From Balneolales bacterium (GTDB taxonomy: Bacteria > Bacteroidota > Rhodothermia > Balneolales > Natronogracilivirgulaceae): DNA of 64,000 bases. The stretch is from assembly GCA_040905705.1 (NCBI GenBank), contig JBBDQZ010000076.1, positions 1,403-65,402 of the forward strand, written 5' to 3'. The translations under genes were made by a program, and so were the position numbers. Each line of letters begins with the position of its first letter. Within the stretch, counting starts at the first letter, position 1. Below the pieces are notes generated by a model. It ran no database searches. It was not told where the DNA came from and saw nothing but the letters and a program-made list of their open reading frames with translations. Of the stretch, positions 9,109 through 18,376 are shown one piece after another.

Positions 9109-11577
9109 TCATGGGCGTTTCCGGAAGTTTTCTTCCAAAACATTCTGTTTCCAGGGCACATATTTATACATCCGTCCGTCACTTTTATAGATAACGGCTC
9201 CCTCAAGGCTTGTAAATCTGGTTGACACCCCTGATTCCTTTAGCCTCCGTATGGTGCTTTGATGTGGATGGTTATAGCGATTGCTCCAGGCGAGTGAAGC
9301 CACCCCCTTCTCAGGGCGGACCCTGTTTAAATAATCCGTAGTTGAACTGGTACGGCTTGCGTGATGGCCAATTTTTAACAAATTAGCTTGCAGAAGATCC
9401 CCGAAGGTTTTAACCATGAACGTTTCGGCCTCCCTTTCCGCATCGCCAGAGAGAATCAATCGGGTATCTCCAAATATGACCATCAATACTACGGACCGGT
9501 TATTAGGATCCGTTGCAGATATTTCATTCGATGGAGCTAATACGAGCATGGGCATCAAGGGATCGGTGTCAATTCTGTCGCCGGTGGAAAGCATTCGAAC
9601 CGGGATATTTTTTTGATACGCGCGCTTCATATATTGATGGTATAAATTGGTCTCATGCCCGTATGGGGACTGGTATATCGTATCTATGGGAATATGATCC
9701 ATAAGTGAGACCATACCTCCGATATGATCGGCATGGGGATGTGAAAGGATCACTCCGTCCAGTTTGTGAATTCCCATGGCTTTGAATTCAGGTAGGAGAA
9801 TTCGATCAGCGGAATCAGATCGGGGAGTCCAGACACCAGTATCGTATAAATAGTGAAACCCTGCCGGAGTTTGCAACAGTACAGCATCCCCTTGTCCGAC
9901 GTCAAAAAAAGTGACTTGTAATAGAGGTCGATGCCATTTGGGAAACATTCGATCCACTTGAAAAGCCAGGAGGCAGGCGATCAGTGCGCAAGCCATTTTC
10001 CAGCGAAGGGCTGGTAAACGAAGCGATGCAAACAGAGCCAAACCGCATATCCAGATAGCAAAGATCCAGTTACTGGTTAGCGTTCCCTCAATCCAGGAAA
10101 AAGTACTCGATCCAATCCATAATACATAAGAAGTCAACCCGGTTAAAATATAGTCACCGGGGGTATTCAGTAATAACGCAATACCCGGATCCAAGACGGC
10201 AAGGATCAGGCAGATAAAGGTCCAAAGAAACATAAGCTGAACAAACGGTATGGCCAGTGTATTGCTTAGCGGCCCTGCGATGGAAAACTCGTTAAAATGA
10301 TAAATCAACAACGGGTAGAGTCCGCCTTGTACCAACACACTGACTATGACAAGCTGGAATAAAGCACCGGTTTTCGTGTATCGGTAGGCCGTTGGCAGCA
10401 AAAAACGAACGGCGGGTAGCGAAGTCAGGATAATGGAAACGGCAATAAATGAAAGTTGGAAACCGACATCGAAAAGCATGACGGGGTCGATGATCAGCAG
10501 TATGAATGCTACTAATCCCAGAATATTTACAGAGGAACCGGCTTTGTGAAATATTCGAGCGAATATCATAAAAAAAGCCATGAGGGACGCCCTGGAAACA
10601 GAAACAGAAAATCCGGTAATACCGGCATAAAACAAAAGCAGTAACCCACTACTGATGAGCCCGGTAAACCGACTTGTTTGTGATTGCCGGAACCAGGGGA
10701 GGATCATCCAGAGTGGAATCAGGATAAAACCAACATGCATACCGGAGACTGCCATCAGATGGGCAAGGCCGGCACGGGAAAAAGAGGAGCGGAGATGAGG
10801 GTCAAGGCCAGAACGATCTCCGAGTATGATCGCTTTTGCCAGGTCTGAATTTTTATGTGAAAACAGGTTTGTAACCGCCTCCGTGAAGGTTGCCTGACGA
10901 TGGATCCAGAAGGTTGCCGGACGGCTGGTTTCAAAGTAAGAGATATCGGTAATATAAATGATCGAATAAATATCCTGTCGTGCCAGAAAACCGGCATAGT
11001 CAAATTCATTAGGATTTCGACGTTTTTGCGGTTGTTGCAGATCACCATGGAAATGAATATACGTGCCCTTACTCAGCGTATGCGATTCCCCATTGGGAAT
11101 GATGGTTTCTATGAGATCTTCCCTTATAAACGCCTCTGTTTTGAAGGACTGCAACCATGTGGGCAAACCATGGATATGTGCGGAGTCGATTCGTACGGTA
11201 AACAGGAGACTTCCGGATATGGTCGTTCTGGCGGAGGTCACCATGCCATAAAAAGTAAGGTCATCATCATCAAATAAAGCAAGCAGGTGTTCATCCGGCG
11301 GATTTGATTGAGTCTGTTTTTGAAGATGAAACAAGCCAAAACCTGTCAGAATGAACAGATACAGCAAAGGAATAATATACATACGAACAAAGGCCGTTCG
11401 TGTGCGTGACAGTATGAGATATGTACAAACTGCCACAGTAAGAGCGATTCCTATCCATTCAGTGGGTACATCCAACCGAAACTCATGACCCAAAACAATT
11501 CCGGATGAAAAAAGGATAGCTATCCGGAGGGCAGGATATGCACTCAGGTTGACGGATACCGGTCTTCCTACAGACAT
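9109..11577 (-). CDS. comEC: DNA internalization-related competence protein ComEC/Rec2
   Basis: 822 aa with a DUF4131-like N-terminus and a polytopic competence domain. The C-terminal metallo-beta-lactamase domain carries HPHADHIGG. Confidence 0.9.
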   Translation of the reverse strand: MSVGRPVSVNLSAYPALRIAILFSSGIVLGHEFRLDVPTEWIGIALTVAVCTYLILSRTRTAFVRMYIIPLLYLFILTGFGLFHLQKQTQSNPPDEHLLALFDDDDLTFYGMVTSARTTISGSLLFTVRIDSAHIHGLPTWLQSFKTEAFIREDLIETIIPNGESHTLSKGTYIHFHGDLQQPQKRRNPNEFDYAGFLARQDIYSIIYITDISYFETSRPATFWIHRQATFTEAVTNLFSHKNSDLAKAIILGDRSGLDPHLRSSFSRAGLAHLMAVSGMHVGFILIPLWMILPWFRQSQTSRFTGLISSGLLLLFYAGITGFSVSVSRASLMAFFMIFARIFHKAGSSVNILGLVAFILLIIDPVMLFDVGFQLSFIAVSIILTSLPAVRFLLPTAYRYTKTGALFQLVIVSVLVQGGLYPLLIYHFNEFSIAGPLSNTLAIPFVQLMFLWTFICLILAVLDPGIALLLNTPGDYILTGLTSYVLWIGSSTFSWIEGTLTSNWIFAIWICGLALFASLRLPALRWKMACALIACLLAFQVDRMFPKWHRPLLQVTFFDVGQGDAVLLQTPAGFHYLYDTGVWTPRSDSADRILLPEFKAMGIHKLDGVILSHPHADHIGGMVSLMDHIPIDTIYQSPYGHETNLYHQYMKRAYQKNIPVRMLSTGDRIDTDPLMPMLVLAPSNEISATDPNNRSVVLMVIFGDTRLILSGDAEREAETFMVKTFGDLLQANLLKIGHHASRTSSTTDYLNRVRPEKGVASLAWSNRYNHPHQSTIRRLKESGVSTRFTSLEGAVIYKSDGRMYKYVPWKQNVLEENFRKRP

Positions 11578-11792
11578 AATTTTCCATACGTTCTCTTAAT
11601 GCGATCTTTTACAGTTGGACATAAGAGCAGGCAAAGCAAAGATCCTTACAGATCAACCGGTATGGATGGGTCTAATATTACAAAAAAGAAAAAAGTATCG
11701 GGCAAGATACAAACCGGGTGGGATAAAGACGGGCATCAAGGCCTTAAGGATTCTGGGATCGGATTTAGAAACAACGTTGGCTGGTCCGTTGA

Positions 11793-12593
11793 TCAGAGCA
11801 TACTGTTGAAAAAATCCCGGGTATCCTGGATATGAATGGCGATATTGTTTCTAAGCTCGAATAGACGTCGGTGTAATTCAAAATAATCTGATTCTTTGAT
11901 CGGATGACCTTTCAGTTTCTGAAGCAGTTCCATCGTCTCATTGGATTTTTTAAGCGCCTTTTTACAATAGGCAATATTGGCACCGAGGACTTCCACGTCA
12001 AATCCCATGGAATAAGCCGCTGCAAGTTTTGAGCTGATAAGCAAGGTTTCAGAAACAAACCGAATAAAACCGGCATGATTCATGTACTCGGGATTACTGT
12101 CGTTGAAGATCAGCAAATCGGCAGCAAAATCCCGGACATCTGTATAGATGGCGATGTTTTCAAGTGAATCATAATCATAGCCGGATTCATCCTCGTCCTC
12201 ATCCGGATCTTCAAAAAATACGTCCTCATCCGGATTATCTTCGAAAAGTTCACCCTCCTCTTCCTCTTCCCATTCTTCATCGTTTTCGTCCTCATCAGGT
12301 TCAATGAACAGGGATTCATCCTCATAATGGTCATCATTTTCGTAGAGGGGGAAATGGGACTCTTCAATCAGTAATTCCTCTTCGATAAAAGCATCCACCG
12401 CATCCAGTTTGGTTGGAAAATCCTGAAGGTGGTTAAGCCAGCGTGGTTTTTTGTCGCTATCGGATTGAATAAGGTGCCGAAGGTGTTCGTGGCGACGGGC
12501 CATCTCATTGATATGAGATTCCCATTCATGTTCACTCCAAATATTATGATTATCATGAAAGAGCATAAACAGAATCCTTGAGAAAGAGATCAT
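11793..12593 (-). CDS. Hypothetical protein with extremely acidic central region
   Basis: 266-aa ORF. By hand count, residues 71-143 contain about 40 D/E out of 73. I recognise no family. Confidence 0.6.
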   Translation of the reverse strand: MISFSRILFMLFHDNHNIWSEHEWESHINEMARRHEHLRHLIQSDSDKKPRWLNHLQDFPTKLDAVDAFIEEELLIEESHFPLYENDDHYEDESLFIEPDEDENDEEWEEEEEGELFEDNPDEDVFFEDPDEDEDESGYDYDSLENIAIYTDVRDFAADLLIFNDSNPEYMNHAGFIRFVSETLLISSKLAAAYSMGFDVEVLGANIAYCKKALKKSNETMELLQKLKGHPIKESDYFELHRRLFELRNNIAIHIQDTRDFFNSML

Positions 12594-12786
12594 GTGTGAG
12601 AATCAGACCACCACACGTCGCATCTGTCCGAATAAGAAGAACTCATTGCAAAGATAAATGCTTTACACATCTGATACGAATATAATTCAAAAAATAATGG
12701 ATTCATTATTCTGAAAATGTATCCGCTTGACAACGATCCGGGATCACGAATTATTTTAACAGAGTGAAATCAGTTACGGACCGGAA

Positions 12787-13626
12787 TCACATTCGTTCAA
12801 GGACTCCTTTAAAGACCCGGGTCATTTTCGGTTCGGCCACATTGGCGGCTTCAAGAATGTCTTTCATAATGACCGGTTGCAGGGTATCCGGAAAGCATTC
12901 ATCTGTAATTACGGAGATACCAAGTATCTTCATGCCCATATGAACGGCTGCGATCACTTCGGGTATTGTGCTCATCCCCACGACATCGGCTCCGATGTAT
13001 CGTAAAAACCGGTACTCGGCACGGGTTTCCAGTATCGGTCCGCTCACAGCCACATATATGCCCTGGTGCATTTTTATTCTGTTTTGTAATGCCACCTCTT
13101 CTGCCAGCGCAATCAGTGCCGGGCTGTACGGGGCGCTCATATCGGGAAAACGAACACCCAGTTCATCGTCGTTGGGTCCAATGAGCGGATTGTCACCAAG
13201 AAGGTTAATGTGGTCGGTGATGCACATGATATCACCTCTTTTGAAGAGTGGATTCATCCCGCCGCAGGCATTGGATACCAACAGGGTGGTGGCGCCGATC
13301 GTCTTCAAGACCCGGACGGGGAATACAATCTGATGCATGGTGTATCCCTCGTAGTAATGAAACCGGCCCTGCATGGCCACCACTTTTTTCCCGCTTAGAG
13401 TACCGAATAGAAGTCTGCCACTGTGGCTTTCAACCGTGGACGTCGGAAAATGCGGGATGTCTGCATAAGAAATGACTGCTTCAACCTCGATTTCTTCGGC
13501 AAGGCGGCCCAGTCCTGTGCCGAGAATGATCAGGTATTGCGGACGAATGGGGGTTTGTTTCTCAATAAAGGCAAGTGCTTCTTTGCGTTTGGTACGATAC
13601 TCCTCAACAGAATAAAAACCGGGCAT
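12787..13626 (-). CDS. punA: Purine nucleoside phosphorylase (trimeric PNP/PunA type)
   Basis: Matches the PNP-I family in ILGTGLG, the HSGRLLFG-type segment, MQGRFHYYEG and VSNACGG. Confidence 0.9.
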   Translation of the reverse strand: MPGFYSVEEYRTKRKEALAFIEKQTPIRPQYLIILGTGLGRLAEEIEVEAVISYADIPHFPTSTVESHSGRLLFGTLSGKKVVAMQGRFHYYEGYTMHQIVFPVRVLKTIGATTLLVSNACGGMNPLFKRGDIMCITDHINLLGDNPLIGPNDDELGVRFPDMSAPYSPALIALAEEVALQNRIKMHQGIYVAVSGPILETRAEYRFLRYIGADVVGMSTIPEVIAAVHMGMKILGISVITDECFPDTLQPVIMKDILEAANVAEPKMTRVFKGVLERM

Positions 13627-13640
13627 ATGATAAATTCAGT

Positions 13641-14264
13641 TTATTCGTCCAGATCTTCCAAAAGATGGTCCAGATCATCTGTATTGGGCGCAGTTGGAGA
13701 ACTTTTGGATTTGCTGTCGGTGTTTGATTTTTTATGGTCGTTTTTGGAAGAGGAGGAGCTTTTATCATCTTTTTGAGTGGCCTGTTCTTCCTGGGGAAGG
13801 GAGTATGTTGAGGAAGCATTCTGCTTGAAAGATTCCAGCGACTCGGTGGCGAGATCCAGATAGGATTTCATCCCCCGGATGATCTCCTGGCGGCGCTCCA
13901 GCAACCGCTGAATGCTTTGACGAATGGCCTGTCGCTCCTGTTGTGATTCGCGGATTATTTTTTCTGCTTCCAGGTCGGCCTTGGCAATACGGTTTTGTGC
14001 ATCCTGTTTGGAACTGTTGATACGTTCTTCAGACGACAACTTGGCGGCTTGCAGTGTTTCATGTAACGCTTCTTCCACTTTTTGATAGTGCTGCAGTTTA
14101 TCGTTGAGACGCTGTAATTCACCTTCCTGATCTTTGAGCTTGTTGGAAAGATGTTCCCATTCACTGGATACAACATTCAGAAAAGACTGTACTTCGGCAA
14201 CATCGTATCCGCGCAGGGATTTGGCAAAAGTCTGTTGCTTGATTTCAAGAGCGGTTAATTTCAT
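13641..14264 (-). CDS. divIVA: DivIVA domain protein
   Basis: N-terminus LTALEIKQQTFAKSLRGYDVAEVQSFL is the DivIVA signature, followed by a coiled coil and an S/K-rich tail. Confidence 0.85.
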   Translation of the reverse strand: MKLTALEIKQQTFAKSLRGYDVAEVQSFLNVVSSEWEHLSNKLKDQEGELQRLNDKLQHYQKVEEALHETLQAAKLSSEERINSSKQDAQNRIAKADLEAEKIIRESQQERQAIRQSIQRLLERRQEIIRGMKSYLDLATESLESFKQNASSTYSLPQEEQATQKDDKSSSSSKNDHKKSNTDSKSKSSPTAPNTDDLDHLLEDLDE

Positions 14265-14416
14265 ACGGTCATCCTGTATATAATGTGATGACTCAATTTA
14301 ATAGTGTATGACCAGCAATACAACAGGCGACCTCATGATTTGGCAATCCGGTGAAAGTATGGCAATCAACACAGCGCCAGGAACAGGAGCCCGGAAAGGG
14401 TATACGCAAGGAGGTA

Positions 14417-15115
14417 TTACCGATCGTAATCCCGGCTGCCAAACAGTTTTGTGCCCAGTCGAATGATGGTAGCCCCTTCTTCTATAGCGATATCGTAATC
14501 CCCGCTCATTCCCATCGAAAGTTCATCGAGTTGGATGTTCCGGGTTTCATGCATACGGTGTTTATCACGAATGGTTCGCAGAAAGCGGAATTGATGACGA
14601 ATGAGTTCCCGGTCGTCAGTAAGTTCCGCCATTCCCATCAGCCCGTGTACCGTGACCCGTTTTAATGTGGAAGCGTATTCCAGTATACCGGCCAAATCCG
14701 CCGGATCGCATCCACTCTTTTGTGCTTCTTCGCTGATATTCACCTGAATCAGTATACGTATGCTTCTATCTGCAAGAGCCGCTCTCTTCTCAATTTCTTT
14801 CAGATATTTCCTCTTTGATATGGAGTGAATCCAGTCGACCCGATGAATCATATCCTTGATCTTGTTCGTCTGAATCGTACCGACCATATGCCAGATGATA
14901 TCGGAGGGTAGTTGATCTATTTTTGTCACCAGCTCCTGAACCCGGTTTTCGCCGAAATCACGGATTCCGGCCTGGTATGCTTCCTGTATGGTTTCTGCCG
15001 GATGCGTTTTTGAGATAGCCACCAGCCGAATTTGATCAGGATCACGTCCACACCGATTGCAGACTTCCTGAATTTGCCGATTCAATTGTTCAATATTTTC
15101 CTTGATTACAGTCAA
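14417..15115 (-). CDS. yggS: YggS-family pyridoxal-phosphate homeostasis protein
   Basis: LVAISKTHP (PLP lysine context), GENRVQE, HMVGTIQTNK and ELSMGMSGDY motifs. TTG start. Confidence 0.9.
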   Translation of the reverse strand: MTVIKENIEQLNRQIQEVCNRCGRDPDQIRLVAISKTHPAETIQEAYQAGIRDFGENRVQELVTKIDQLPSDIIWHMVGTIQTNKIKDMIHRVDWIHSISKRKYLKEIEKRAALADRSIRILIQVNISEEAQKSGCDPADLAGILEYASTLKRVTVHGLMGMAELTDDRELIRHQFRFLRTIRDKHRMHETRNIQLDELSMGMSGDYDIAIEEGATIIRLGTKLFGSRDYDR

Positions 15116-15357
15116 CCACCTTTGATTTTTATCTGAAAATGGATTTTTGTACCTGCAAGATAAGGTATTTGATTTTAGCGGGATAAAACAATCAAAACTT
15201 TTATCTGAGAAGTAAAAATCATATATTCATGATCTGACTAAAAATCGCTTACAGCGTTGTTTATTATCGTGTACTTTAGCCGATACACCATTTATCTCTT
15301 CTTTCCCTCCCATGTTGGAAGAAAATACGGGCAGACCGGGGGCTGCACATCGAGAAT

Positions 15358-16221
15358 ATGAGCTATACCAACAATCATATTCTCGAGTTTCTGGAAGAAT
15401 GGGCACCCCAAAGCACCAAGCTCGATTTTGATAACGTTGGTTTACTTGTCGGAGACGATCATCAGGAGGTCGGAAAGGTCATAACTTGTCTCGATGTGAC
15501 ATCAGAGGTTGTCGATGAAGCGATTTCCGTAGAGGCCGATCTAATTATTGCCCATCATCCCCTGATCTTCAAAAAGCTCTCCCGTATTACCCCTTCTGAT
15601 ATAACAGGATCCCTTCTTTATCGCCTTATTCAAAATAATATAAGCCTTATAGCTGTTCACACAAATCTTGACGCTGCATATGGAGGGGTTTCTTTTGTGA
15701 TGGCTGAACGGCTGGGGCTGCAAAATACCCGTTTTTTGAAGGTAGAGGAGGCAGCGGAAACGGCTGGTTTTGGAGCGATAGGTGAATTACCGGAAACGCT
15801 TGACGTGGATGAATTTCTGGAACTTGTGAGAGAGAAATTGGACAGTCGCGGAATTCGCTACAGCGGTTATTCAGAGTCTATACGACGTGTTGCCGTGTGT
15901 GGAGGTGCGGGGGCCTTTCTTGCGGAGGAAGCGATCCGGAGCCAGGCCGATGCTTATGTCACAGCGGATCTTAAATACCACGACTTTTTTACGGAGTCCC
16001 CATCATCATTTTTGCTTGTGGATGCGGGACATTATGAAAGTGAAGTGCCCATTGTTGGGACATTGTGTAACAAGTTGAAAAACCGGTTTCCGGAGGTAGA
16101 GGTGCTTGCTACAAAAGCGAATACCAATCCGGTAGTCTATTATTCAAAAACAACAAATAGCATAAAAACAGCCAGGAGTAATCTGAAATCCTATGATAGA
16201 CGTACTTCAAAATCTTACTAA
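15358..16221 (+). CDS. Nif3-like dinuclear metal centre protein (GTP cyclohydrolase 1 type 2 homologue)
   Basis: DNVGLLVG, IIAHHPLIF, AVHTNLD and GHYESE motifs are characteristic of NIF3/YbgI/YqfO. Confidence 0.9.
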   Translation: MSYTNNHILEFLEEWAPQSTKLDFDNVGLLVGDDHQEVGKVITCLDVTSEVVDEAISVEADLIIAHHPLIFKKLSRITPSDITGSLLYRLIQNNISLIAVHTNLDAAYGGVSFVMAERLGLQNTRFLKVEEAAETAGFGAIGELPETLDVDEFLELVREKLDSRGIRYSGYSESIRRVAVCGGAGAFLAEEAIRSQADAYVTADLKYHDFFTESPSSFLLVDAGHYESEVPIVGTLCNKLKNRFPEVEVLATKANTNPVVYYSKTTNSIKTARSNLKSYDRRTSKSY

Positions 16222-16930
16222 TCTGCAATATATTGATAATCGTATTGACGAACTCAAACGGTTGCGGGGTGACCTGCCGGAAGAGATTCTGGACATTGAA
16301 ACAGAAATCACCCGATTGGAAACCCGTATTAAGCGCGCGAAAGCGGAGATAAAAGATCTTTCGGTTGAAAAAGGAACACTTGAACTGGAGATTACTGATG
16401 CGGACAGTCTCATTACTAAATATGAGGAGCAGCAACTGTCGGTCCGCAACAATCGTGAATACGATGCATTGACCAAAGAGATAGAGTCCCAGAAACAGAT
16501 CAAGGAGAATGACCAGTCCCGTCTCGAGGAAATTGCACTTCAGGTGACCGAACTTGAGAACTCGGTTGAAGAAAATGAGTCCGTGCTGGAAGAAACCAGC
16601 AAGCTTCTTGATGACAAGAAAAATAATCTGGACAAACTGATTGAAAACACCCGAAAGGAAGAAGAGGAGTTGATAAAAAAGCGCAATGAAGCGGTTAAAA
16701 ATCTCGACTCCCGTTATCTCAGAAGTTATGAGCGATTGCGTAAAGGATTGAACAACGGAATGGCTGTAGTGGCCATGGAAAAGGGCTCCAGCTTGGGGAT
16801 GATGCTCCCGCCACAGGTACAGGTGGAAGTACGAAGAAAGAACAAGATTATTTTTGACGAAAATTCAGGACGCATTGTTGTTGATCCCAGCTTTTTTGAA
16901 GAGGCCCGTAAACAACTGAATATCAGTTAG
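16193..16930 (+). CDS. COG1579-type coiled-coil protein (zinc-ribbon family, Cys-less variant)
   Basis: It holds the conserved position after nif3. It has a long coiled coil with NNREYDALTKEIE and a C-terminal LPPQ...GRI segment that aligns to the zinc ribbon but contains no cysteine. Confidence 0.8.
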   Translation: MIDVLQNLTNLQYIDNRIDELKRLRGDLPEEILDIETEITRLETRIKRAKAEIKDLSVEKGTLELEITDADSLITKYEEQQLSVRNNREYDALTKEIESQKQIKENDQSRLEEIALQVTELENSVEENESVLEETSKLLDDKKNNLDKLIENTRKEEEELIKKRNEAVKNLDSRYLRSYERLRKGLNNGMAVVAMEKGSSLGMMLPPQVQVEVRRKNKIIFDENSGRIVVDPSFFEEARKQLNIS

Positions 16931-16974
16931 GGAAATAAAGATACAAAATCTTTGTCTCCGGTCGTTATTATGGT

Positions 16975-17380
16975 GAACAGGATTGCCGGGTAATCGCCTT
17001 TCCCGTTTGTTTTCAATCGGGAAGGGAGGAAAGTCCGAACACCTGCGGACACCGCGCCCCGGGAATTCCGGGGAGTTTCACTTTGTGAAACATGGATAGT
17101 GCCACAGAAAGCAAACCGCTTCGACGGCTTCTACGGAGGCTTCCGGAGTAAGGGTGAAAAGGTGGGGTAAGAGCCCACCGCCTGTTTTGGTAACAGAACA
17201 GGGCAGGGTAAACCCCGCGGGGTGCAAGGCCAAGTATGGTAGTGTGTTGTCCGTCACTATACTACCGGGTAGGCCGCTTGATCTCATCAGTAATGATGAG
17301 ACCAGATAAATGATTACCGGTTTGTTTTTCGGCTTGCCGGAAGCAAACTACAGAATTCGGCTTACAGGCAATCCTGATCT
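16975..17380 (+). ncRNA. rnpB: RNase P RNA, bacterial type A
   Basis: GGAGGAAAGTCCGAAC, ACAGAAAGCAAACCGC, GTAAGGGTGAAAAGGTGGGGTAAGAGCCCACC, GGTAAACCCCG, AGATAAATGATTACC and ACAGAATTCGGCTTACAG universal blocks are present. P1 pairs CAGGATTGCC (16978-) with GGCAATCCTG (-17376). A T-run follows. Confidence 0.95.
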
Positions 17381-17430
17381 TTTATTTTTTGATGTGAAAC
17401 CGGGCCCGGTATAATCCGCCAAAACCCACA

Positions 17431-17913
17431 TTAACCACCCATTCGTGCTTTTTTGATCTCCCGATCCATATCCCGGCGCACATCTTTTTCTGCAATACTC
17501 GCCCTTTTGTCATATTTCTTTTTCCCCTTGGCCAGACCCAGTTCCATTTTGGCCAGCCCTCTTGTAAAATAAAGCTTTAGCGGAACCAGAGTGATTCCTT
17601 TTTGTGATATTGCCCGGTCTATTTTCCGAATTTCATCTTTGTGAAGCAATAATTTGCGTTCTCTGCGAGGTTCATGGTTATTATATGAGCCCTGGTCAAA
17701 AGGTTTAATATAAAAGTCCTTCAGCCACACCTCCCCGTTTTTCATATAGGCGAAAGCATCACCGAAGCTCGCGTTACCGAGTCGTAGCGATTTAACCTCT
17801 GTTCCTGTTAGTGCAATACCGGTTTCAACCGAATTCAGTATGGTGAATTCATGCCGGGCTTTGCGGTTTTGGATGGAGGGGGTTCCTGATTTTTGAGTAT
17901 TGTTGGAGGTCAT
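17431..17913 (-). CDS. smpB: SsrA-binding protein SmpB
   Basis: NRKARHEF..IE.GI.L.GTEVKS, the LLLHK...I segment and a basic C-terminal tail. Confidence 0.95.
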   Translation of the reverse strand: MTSNNTQKSGTPSIQNRKARHEFTILNSVETGIALTGTEVKSLRLGNASFGDAFAYMKNGEVWLKDFYIKPFDQGSYNNHEPRRERKLLLHKDEIRKIDRAISQKGITLVPLKLYFTRGLAKMELGLAKGKKKYDKRASIAEKDVRRDMDREIKKARMGG

Positions 17914-17979
17914 GAGATAGAATCTGACTAAAGGTGATATATGGATTTGTAAATTCCGGTTGGATGGCCCGGAACCCGG

Positions 17980-18375
17980 TTACTCTGCCACTCCTTCAGG
18001 TATATCCCGGCCCATTTGTCGATAGATGCCTTCAATCAAATCGATATGTTCCTGAGCCTGGGTGTTATCATCGTCCAGTTCGAGTACTCGTCGAAAGTGC
18101 CGCAGGGCGCTTGCCATTCGATCACTCATAGCCAGGTGATCTGCTTCGTGGGTCAGATAATGGCCATAAGCAAGATGAGCCTGTACTTTCAAGCGGTGTG
18201 TTATCAGGGAGTCCTGGTCAGATTTCCGAAGGGTATTAATGGCTTCTTCGTATTGGTTTTCGTCTAATAGACGATTAATGTTGGCCTCGTAACTTTCCGG
18301 CTCCGTATCGGAGCATGAGAAAAGAAGAACAGACATCAGTAACGGAGCAGAAAAACGGAGTAACTTCATATTCAT
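17980..18375 (-). CDS. Small TPR-like lipoprotein
   Basis: Lipobox LLFSC after a signal peptide, then a helical repeat-like body. It starts 1 nt downstream of the M50 protease gene. Confidence 0.65.
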   Translation of the reverse strand: MNMKLLRFSAPLLMSVLLFSCSDTEPESYEANINRLLDENQYEEAINTLRKSDQDSLITHRLKVQAHLAYGHYLTHEADHLAMSDRMASALRHFRRVLELDDDNTQAQEHIDLIEGIYRQMGRDIPEGVAE

Positions 18376-18376
18376 A

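Noticed and set aside
11599-11835. Two overlapping 64-78-aa plus-strand ORFs upstream of comEC.
   Set aside because: They are short and lysine/glycine-rich, they overlap each other and the 3' end of the acidic-protein gene, and nothing supports them.
17078-17287. 69-aa minus-strand ORF.
   Set aside because: It lies wholly inside the RNase P RNA gene.
17381-17430. Palindrome ACCGGGCCCGGT between rnpB and the smpB stop as a bidirectional terminator.
   Set aside because: The stem is only 4-5 bp once a loop is allowed, which is too weak to call. The T-run right after rnpB may be sufficient on its own.
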